Assembly (NCBI GenBank): GCA_017427385.1
Contig: JAFRSW010000011.1
Coordinates: 94,519 to 158,518 of the forward strand
From: Bacteroidales bacterium
GTDB taxonomy: Bacteria; Bacteroidota; Bacteroidia; Bacteroidales; UBA932
Direction of reading: 5' to 3'
Length of the DNA stretch: 64,000 nucleotides
Positions within the stretch are counted from its first letter, which is position 1; every line of letters begins with the position of its first letter. Shown piece after piece: positions 58,701 to 64,000 of this stretch. A model generated the notes under the pieces. It made no database searches. It saw only the letters and a program-made list of their open reading frames with translations, and had not been told where the DNA came from. A program made the position numbers and the translations under genes.

Positions 58701-60334
58701 CCCTGCTTCCTGATGCCCTTACCGGCCTTGGAGGCAGTCTCAGCGGCTATTTCAAAGCACGGGGAAATCTGGATAGCCTGGCCCTCAGCAGCGACAGCGC
58801 ACGCATCGAAGGCGGCAAGCTGAAAGTGGCATACACCGGGGTCGATTATAAACTCGGAGGGCCTTTCCACATCGACAACAAAGGCCTGCATTTCGACAAC
58901 TTCAACATCACCGACCCTGAGGGAGGATTCGGCATCCTCAACGGAGGCCTTCTCTTCAGCAACCTCAAAGACTTCAGCCTCGATACCGACCTGGCCCTCA
59001 ACAACCTGATGGTCTTCGGCAACAAGAGCGGAACCATCTACGGAGACCTCTTCGTCAGCGGCAACGCCTACCTGACAGGACCCATGGATGCCATAAACAT
59101 GGACGCCGACATATTCACCAACAAGGCAGGAACCATGCATGTATCCCTCGGAGGAGCATCATCGGCCAGTGTGGGCGATCTGCTGACCTTCACCGATCAC
59201 ACAGAAGAGGAGATAGATCCTTACGACGAGATGCTGCGCGAGATACTCCAGCAGGTGGCGACCCAGAAGCAAAGCTCCGCATCCAACTTCACCGCACATG
59301 CACGTATCAATGCAACTACGGACCTGGAAGCTGTTCTTGAACTTGATAACACGGGAGACAACTTCCTGACCGCACGCGGATCCGGCCTGCTGATCATGGA
59401 CGTGAATTCGGCACGGAAGATATTCGACGTAACAGGCGACTACAACATCTCCAACGGTAAATATCACTTCGCCCTGCCGGGCATCGTGAGCAAGAACTTC
59501 AACATCGAGAACGGCTCCAGCATCAAGTTCGGAGGCGATGTGATGAACAGTGAACTGGACATCGACGCGACCTACACCCTGCGCACCTCCATAAACCGCC
59601 TGATGGCCGACACATCGTCCGTCGCAACCCGGCGTACAGTCAACTGCGGCATCAGGATAAGCGACAAACTGAGTTCCCCGAAAGTAGACTTCTCCATCGA
59701 CATACCCGACCTCGACCCGTCCACTAAATCCGAGGTCGAAAGCGCTCTCAACACCGAAGACAAGGTGCAGAAGCAGTTCCTTGCGCTCCTGATCACGGGA
59801 TCCTTCCTCGAAAACGAGCAGTCCGGAATCGTCAACAACACCAATCTGGTGTTCTCCAACGTGAGCGAGGTAATGTCCAGGCAGCTGAGTAACCTGCTGA
59901 ACCTTATGGACATACCCGTAGACCTGGGTGTAGGATACCAGCAGAATGCGAGCGGCACAGACCTCTACGACGTGTCGGTTAGTACCGAGCTGTTCGACAA
60001 CCGGGTGGAAGTGCGCGGCTCCTTCGGCAACCGCCAGTACAGCACCACAACCAATCCGAACGGCGACATGGTGGGCGACCTCGACATCGACGTCAAGCTC
60101 GACAAGCCCGGAGAACTGCGCCTCAACCTGTTCTCGCATTCGGCGGATGAATACACGAGCTACCTCGATTACTCCCAGCGCAACGGCGTGGGTATCACCT
60201 ACCAGAGGGAATTCAACAAGTGGAAGGACTTCTGGCGTAGCCTGTTCATCAGCCGCAAGAAGCGGCAGGAACTCAACCGCGAAGCCAGCCTGACGGAGGA
60301 AAAACAGACCATAACCATCGAAGCAGATGAATAA
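55790..60334 (+). CDS. tamB: Translocation/assembly module TamB (DUF490/AsmA-like) protein
   Basis: 1514 aa, N-terminal TM anchor, repetitive beta structure, C-terminal GSSIKFGGD..LDIDATY..QFLALL..VGDLDIDVKL. Start uncertain. Confidence 0.75.
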   Translation: MTKRNPDIAARIFGFIVLLLATAAVAVQSPDVQSRLVRTFLERSAGKMDGRIEFSSVNFQSPGTIALTDVLILDKNPYDDKLGTGNPTCDTIFFAKEVRGTVSTGMLLKKKGLHLSRVEVRDVDFFLAMEPDAPGRMNITRVFGEGNKDSTSTGFPISISKIYGENIHYRMSEFTKLPKPCTPTAINYDRLDAQVSTITAHNLNVNGGKFSMTVDNVDIVEKCGADAKVSMRMDIDRQFIQFRDIHIVDGTTDLRAPLYSMTGTTPNAYKDYCRAVRMRLKVAKGSIVSAKTISKFSLGQLDNMDFLLDIDEAEADGYVSDLNISKLKFTDLYGGIKGDATCRLTGITLTEDFLLDAKIGKLNFATAGAEKTIRRMTGKDVKLKNFAPGQKISFSGNAKGPLSKLAAKGKIKTGNGSADADLTIKNLASKTEGTEVGGVVRAHNLGLGRIIDKDFLGNVTANTGFKAVLNKDNVSVKVDSLMIDRLGLLGYDYTGIAAAGTYSDNAFDGKIICADPNLNFIFQGIFNLSPKTKNALYKFSANVGYADLEALNLDTRGGTSKVSAELSANLMKIPRGDLLGDFNIYDLTLENDNGVKYIGDVYAGSHTTGGTSRAQISSSFLDAGYVGNRSITDLFNDIQAITTRRELPAIYSRKDKDKGDPDANYDITVDFHDSRDILSFIKPGMYISDSTKIDLRMANGDLSGIIHSSRMAYMTNYLKGLDIILDNQGGSLNASVLTDEFRMGQIGFVNSALIAFAQSNGFFLSFHYDNISGMDNVGELYLAGNIERDATDTLIVHAKPLSSYVRFEDSQWDLAESDITYRSGEASFNNFSIVNGDQAIRINGGISRSMTDTLTVGIDNVDMSLINHFTGKDYGFAGRTTGRGILSSPLKGDMMGMVNLNCDSLAVAGENAGSLRMALVWDKAADKVSAFIRDINDGLDALNIKANYAISNKILDASAVADGLHLALLSPLLPDALTGLGGSLSGYFKARGNLDSLALSSDSARIEGGKLKVAYTGVDYKLGGPFHIDNKGLHFDNFNITDPEGGFGILNGGLLFSNLKDFSLDTDLALNNLMVFGNKSGTIYGDLFVSGNAYLTGPMDAINMDADIFTNKAGTMHVSLGGASSASVGDLLTFTDHTEEEIDPYDEMLREILQQVATQKQSSASNFTAHARINATTDLEAVLELDNTGDNFLTARGSGLLIMDVNSARKIFDVTGDYNISNGKYHFALPGIVSKNFNIENGSSIKFGGDVMNSELDIDATYTLRTSINRLMADTSSVATRRTVNCGIRISDKLSSPKVDFSIDIPDLDPSTKSEVESALNTEDKVQKQFLALLITGSFLENEQSGIVNNTNLVFSNVSEVMSRQLSNLLNLMDIPVDLGVGYQQNASGTDLYDVSVSTELFDNRVEVRGSFGNRQYSTTTNPNGDMVGDLDIDVKLDKPGELRLNLFSHSADEYTSYLDYSQRNGVGITYQREFNKWKDFWRSLFISRKKRQELNREASLTEEKQTITIEADE

Positions 60335-61034
60335 AGGCAGACTCTTTCTTATCCCTTCCCCGCTCGGGGATTACGATCCCGCGGAAGTCATTCCGGCAGG
60401 CACCCTGAACGTGCTGAAGGGGATAAAGACCTTCGTGGTGGAAGAGACGCGCACGGCACGCCGCTACCTTTCGGCGGCCGGTCTGAAAGGGCACATTGCG
60501 GAACTGGAGTTCCACGAACTGAACGAGCACACCGCTCCCGCCGAGGTTGAGGGCCTGATGAAACTCTTCGACCAGGGGGATGTGGGGCTGATTTCCGAGG
60601 CGGGGCTCCCTGCGGTGGCCGATCCGGGGTCCGCACTGGTGGCACTCTGCCACCGGCACGGCGTCGCCGTGGTGCCGCTGGTCGGTCCGTCTTCGCTGAT
60701 GCTGGCGCTGATGGCATCGGGGCTGGACGGGCAGAGTTTCGCCTTCCGGGGATATCTTCCCGCGAAGACGGACGAGCGGCGTGCGGCCATCCGCCGTTGC
60801 GAAAAAGACTCATCCGCCCTGCACCAAAGCCAGATTTTCATAGAGACTCCGTACAGGAACGATTCCCTTCTCGGGGACCTTCTGGAGCAACTCTCCCCTG
60901 CCACCCGCCTCTGCATCGCCGCAGACATAACCCTGCCGGATGCATTCATCCGCACCGATACTGTCGCCTCCTGGCGAAAGAATAAACCTATCATTGGAAA
61001 GAGACCATGTGTATTCATAATACTGGCACGATAG
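60327..61034 (+). CDS. SAM-dependent methyltransferase, RsmI-like (tetrapyrrole methylase fold)
   Basis: LISEAGLPAVADPG, PLVGPSS, SGLDGQSFAFRGYLP, FIETPYRN. Confidence 0.88.
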   Translation: MNKGRLFLIPSPLGDYDPAEVIPAGTLNVLKGIKTFVVEETRTARRYLSAAGLKGHIAELEFHELNEHTAPAEVEGLMKLFDQGDVGLISEAGLPAVADPGSALVALCHRHGVAVVPLVGPSSLMLALMASGLDGQSFAFRGYLPAKTDERRAAIRRCEKDSSALHQSQIFIETPYRNDSLLGDLLEQLSPATRLCIAADITLPDAFIRTDTVASWRKNKPIIGKRPCVFIILAR

Positions 61035-61384
61035 AGCTTCTGGGAATGCATTTCAAGGCATACCACGGTTGCCTGCCGGAGGAAAGGACCGACGGCGGCG
61101 AGTACGTGGTGGATTTCCGCTGTTCGGTCAATCCCGAGAATGCCATACAGACCGACGACCTTGCCGATACAATCGATTATTCCGAGATCTACCGCATCGT
61201 TTCCCAAGAGATGGCCGTTCCGTCCAACCTGCTGGAGCACGTGGCCGGGCGCATCAGGGATGCGGTAGAGGCCGCTTTCCCGGATCTGGAAGAGTTCGAG
61301 ATCAGCATCTCCAAGCTCAATCCTCCTGTCGGCGGTCCTGCCGATGCTGCAAGGGTAACTGTCAAAGGAGGTTCTGCCATATGA
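61007..61384 (+). CDS. folB: Dihydroneopterin aldolase
   Basis: FKAYHGCLPEER, DDLADTIDY, NLLEHVA, KLNPP. Start uncertain. Confidence 0.9.
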   Translation: MCIHNTGTIELLGMHFKAYHGCLPEERTDGGEYVVDFRCSVNPENAIQTDDLADTIDYSEIYRIVSQEMAVPSNLLEHVAGRIRDAVEAAFPDLEEFEISISKLNPPVGGPADAARVTVKGGSAI

Positions 61385-62760
61385 AGATAGCCTTCATCAC
61401 GCTTGGCTGCAAGCTGAATTTTGCAGAGACTGCCACCTACGAGCGCGGGTTCCGCGCCGCAGGGCTGGAGGTCGTTCCCTGGCGCGAGAAAGCAGACATT
61501 TATCTGATAAATACCTGCACCGTTACCGAGACGTCCAACAAGAAGTCCCGCGGCGAAATCCGCAAGGTGCACCGCATCAATCCTGACGCAAAGATCATTG
61601 TCACAGGCTGTTACGCCCAAATGAAGCCTGACGAGGTGCGCGCCATCGATGGCGTCGCCCGCGTCTTCCTTGCGAACGAAAAATCCCTGGTCGTCCCCGA
61701 GACCCTTGCTGCGGCAGGGTTGTTGCCCCCCGGGGAACTCCGCTCACTTCGTTCGCTCCGGCCCCTCCCATCTGCGATGGGCCCCTCCCCCTGCCCGAAT
61801 AGCGGGGCCCCCGAAAAGTTCCCGCTTTTTGGGGTGCTCTCTCCGGGGGTGGACACGTCCCCGGGGGGTAACACCCTGCCGCAGCCCGTATTCGGAGCGT
61901 ATTCTACAAGCGAGCGGACGCGGGCGTTCCTGAAGGTGCAGGATGGATGCGACAATTTCTGCAGGTACTGCACCGTGCCGTATGCAAGGGGCAGGAGCAG
62001 GAGCATTCCTATATGCGAGGCGGTCAAGGCCGCGGAAACGATTGCAGCGGAGGGAGTGAAAGAAGTTGTGATAACCGGCGTGAATACAGGCGATTACGGA
62101 CGCGGAACGGACGAGAGTTTCCTGGATCTGCTGAAGGCGCTGAATGCCGTGGAAGGCATAGAAAGGTGGAGGATTTCGAGTATTGAACCAAACCTGATAA
62201 CGGAAGAGATTATCGACTGGATAGCCTCAGGGACGAAGTTCCAGCCCCACTTCCACATACCCCTGCAGCAGGGCACCGACACCATCCTGTCACGCATGGG
62301 CCGCAAATACACAACCGCCTTCTTCGCCAACAGGATAGCCTATATACGCAGCAGGATGGAAGGCCCCGGCAAACCGAAAGTATTCTTCGGAATAGACGTT
62401 ATGGCAGGCCTTCCGGGAGAGACGGAAGAACTGTTCCAGCAAGAGATTGAATTCCTCAAAGAGATAAGGCCAGCTTTCATCCACGTATTCCCCTACTCCA
62501 AACGCCCCGGCACTCCGGCCGCAACCATGCCGGACCAGGTGCCCGAACAGGTAAAGGCGGAACGGGTAGCCAGGCTGGAAGAACTATGCAGGACTCTCCA
62601 CGGCGAATTCGTGGAATCCAACCGAGGCATACGCGAAAAAGTACTTTTCGAATCGAAGGAAAAAGACGGCTCAATGAGCGGATACACAGGCAATTACATC
62701 CGTATTACCAGCCCCTACGACGCGGCGCTGGTGGGTAAACTGACGGAGGTTACGATATGA
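61381..62760 (+). CDS. mtaB: tRNA t6A37 methylthiotransferase MtaB, with an internal palindromic insertion
   Basis: TLGCKLN, NTCTVT, VTGCYAQ, radical-SAM CDNFCRYC, ISSIEP, HVFPYSKRPGT. Confidence 0.9.
   Translation: MKIAFITLGCKLNFAETATYERGFRAAGLEVVPWREKADIYLINTCTVTETSNKKSRGEIRKVHRINPDAKIIVTGCYAQMKPDEVRAIDGVARVFLANEKSLVVPETLAAAGLLPPGELRSLRSLRPLPSAMGPSPCPNSGAPEKFPLFGVLSPGVDTSPGGNTLPQPVFGAYSTSERTRAFLKVQDGCDNFCRYCTVPYARGRSRSIPICEAVKAAETIAAEGVKEVVITGVNTGDYGRGTDESFLDLLKALNAVEGIERWRISSIEPNLITEEIIDWIASGTKFQPHFHIPLQQGTDTILSRMGRKYTTAFFANRIAYIRSRMEGPGKPKVFFGIDVMAGLPGETEELFQQEIEFLKEIRPAFIHVFPYSKRPGTPAATMPDQVPEQVKAERVARLEELCRTLHGEFVESNRGIREKVLFESKEKDGSMSGYTGNYIRITSPYDAALVGKLTEVTI
61708..61885. repeat. 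~180-bp MITE/RPE-like palindromic element inserted in frame in mtaB
   Basis: ~29-bp terminal inverted repeats GCTGCGGCAGGGT(T)GTTRCCCCCCGGGGA plus internal hairpins. Confidence 0.75.
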
Positions 62761-63668
62761 AACTGACATTCTTTGGAACTGGCACTTCGCTGGGCGTCCC
62801 CATCGTGGGATGCCAATGCCCCGTATGCACCAGCAAGGATCCTCGCGACAAGCGCTTCCGGGCATCCGCCCTTTTCCAGGTGGACGGCCTCAATATACTG
62901 GTAGACTGCGGACCGGACTTCCGCAGCCAAATGCTTGCGGCCGGCATCGGGCATCTCGATGCCATCCTTTTTACCCACAACCATAAGGATCACACGGGTG
63001 GCATAGACGATGTGCGCTCGCTCAACTACATAGACAGGCGTGCCGCCGAGATTTATTGCGAACCCCGCGTTCTGGAAAGCCTACAGCGGGAATATCCATA
63101 TGCCTTTGCTTCACCGCGCTACCCCGGTGCCCCCGAATGGCATCTGCACATTATCGAGAACAAACCTTTCTGCGTACACTCTTCCAAAGAAGACAAGGAA
63201 CTTGTGTGGGTGCATGATGTAGGATACGGATACAAGATGCCGGACGGCAGCGTGCAGCCATGCCCTGCAAACAACATAGACAATGCATCCGACGATGGCC
63301 GCGGGGTGCGCGTGATTCCGATTCGCGGAATACATGGCCAGTTACCTATACTGGGATTCCGCATAGGAAAGATCGCATATCTAACCGATCTGAGCAGTAT
63401 TCCTGAGGAGGAAATGCCCAAATTGGAAGGGCTGGAACACGTGACGCTGAACACAGTCACCTACGGCCCACACCATTCGCATCTGTCGCTGGATGAGGCA
63501 CTTGCACTGGCAGACCGCATAGGCGCCAAACACACCTGGCTCACACATTTGAGCCACCACTTCCCTCCCCACGAACAGTTCTGCGAAGAACTACGCAAAC
63601 TCTGCGCGGAGCGCGGAATCCGCTCCGACGTGCAGCCCGCCTACGACGGCCTTCAAATTACTGATTAG
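62757..63668 (+). CDS. MBL-fold metallo-hydrolase (PhnP/YycJ-like)
   Basis: GTGTSLGVP..C.C..C, DCGPDFR, THNHKDH, AYLTD, THLSH. Confidence 0.88.
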   Translation: MKLTFFGTGTSLGVPIVGCQCPVCTSKDPRDKRFRASALFQVDGLNILVDCGPDFRSQMLAAGIGHLDAILFTHNHKDHTGGIDDVRSLNYIDRRAAEIYCEPRVLESLQREYPYAFASPRYPGAPEWHLHIIENKPFCVHSSKEDKELVWVHDVGYGYKMPDGSVQPCPANNIDNASDDGRGVRVIPIRGIHGQLPILGFRIGKIAYLTDLSSIPEEEMPKLEGLEHVTLNTVTYGPHHSHLSLDEALALADRIGAKHTWLTHLSHHFPPHEQFCEELRKLCAERGIRSDVQPAYDGLQITD

Positions 63669-64000
63669 AAGCGCGGCAGATATCGCAATGCCCACAGGGG
63701 GCGCTGTCACTCTGGCCGAAATAATCCAGAAGATATGACTGACGGCAGCGGTCGGTTTCGGAAACGTAACCGACTATGGCCTCGGAACGGGCAGTGGCCT
63801 TTTCTCGCAGCATCTCGTAGCGGGCGGGTTGAAGGTCCACGTTTCCGCGCTGCAAGTGATTGTGATGCAGGGTGATGACATCGCTCTTATCCCCGGGAAT
63901 ATAGCGTATCACATGCTCCAGGCTCATCCTGTAAAGCAACTGATGCAAATCCGCAATCCCTACGCCCAGAGTGGCAGCCACAAAGTCTTCGGAGATTGAA
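63658..64000 (-). CDS. recQ: RecQ family helicase, C-terminal part (runs off the window end)
   Basis: Zn-binding CRQSYLLDYFG...CGHCDIC. Confidence 0.75.
   Translation of the reverse strand, partial: SISEDFVAATLGVGIADLHQLLYRMSLEHVIRYIPGDKSDVITLHHNHLQRGNVDLQPARYEMLREKATARSEAIVGYVSETDRCRQSYLLDYFGQSDSAPCGHCDICRASNQ

Noticed and set aside
1-64000. CRISPR array, prophage, IS transposase, reverse transcriptase or rRNA
   Set aside because: I saw no regularly spaced repeats and no recognisable ORFs or sequences of these kinds.

Overview
A roughly 55-58% GC chromosomal window from a Bacteroidales bacterium. Evidence for this is the TAnnTTTG -7 promoters, a primary sigma factor lacking region 1.1, a SusC/SusD pair and the tmRNA tag GNSNYALAA; it may be an uncultured gut or rumen lineage, but the finer taxonomy is a guess. 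Most of the window is housekeeping: sppA, a split 5'-nucleotidase, an ABC exporter, holA, cca, xerC, hpf, glpKF, tex, a ClC channel, argS, rpoD, degP, dnaN, nhaA, glnA, mnmA, cdd, tsaD, tamB, folB, mtaB and the end of recQ. It also holds four tRNA genes, tmRNA and SRP RNA. A five-gene polysaccharide-utilisation locus (susC-susD-PKD/propeller lipoprotein-EEP phosphodiesterase-GH31) sits between tRNA-Ser and ssrA. Three things stand out. (1) A well-folded tRNA-Pro has anticodon AGG (A34), which is very rare in bacteria. (2) GC-rich palindromic DNA elements are inserted in frame inside RNA-modification enzymes (mtaB, mnmA, and twice in the HI0933/YhiN flavoprotein), and two of them share a hairpin motif. 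(3) A decayed accessory island lies at the tRNA-Pro 3' end (1-3555). It contains a low-GC gene broken by an in-frame TAA, a truncated chimeric nuclease, and two orphan promoter-plus-terminator structured RNA candidates. All calls come from reading the sequence by eye; no database searches were run.
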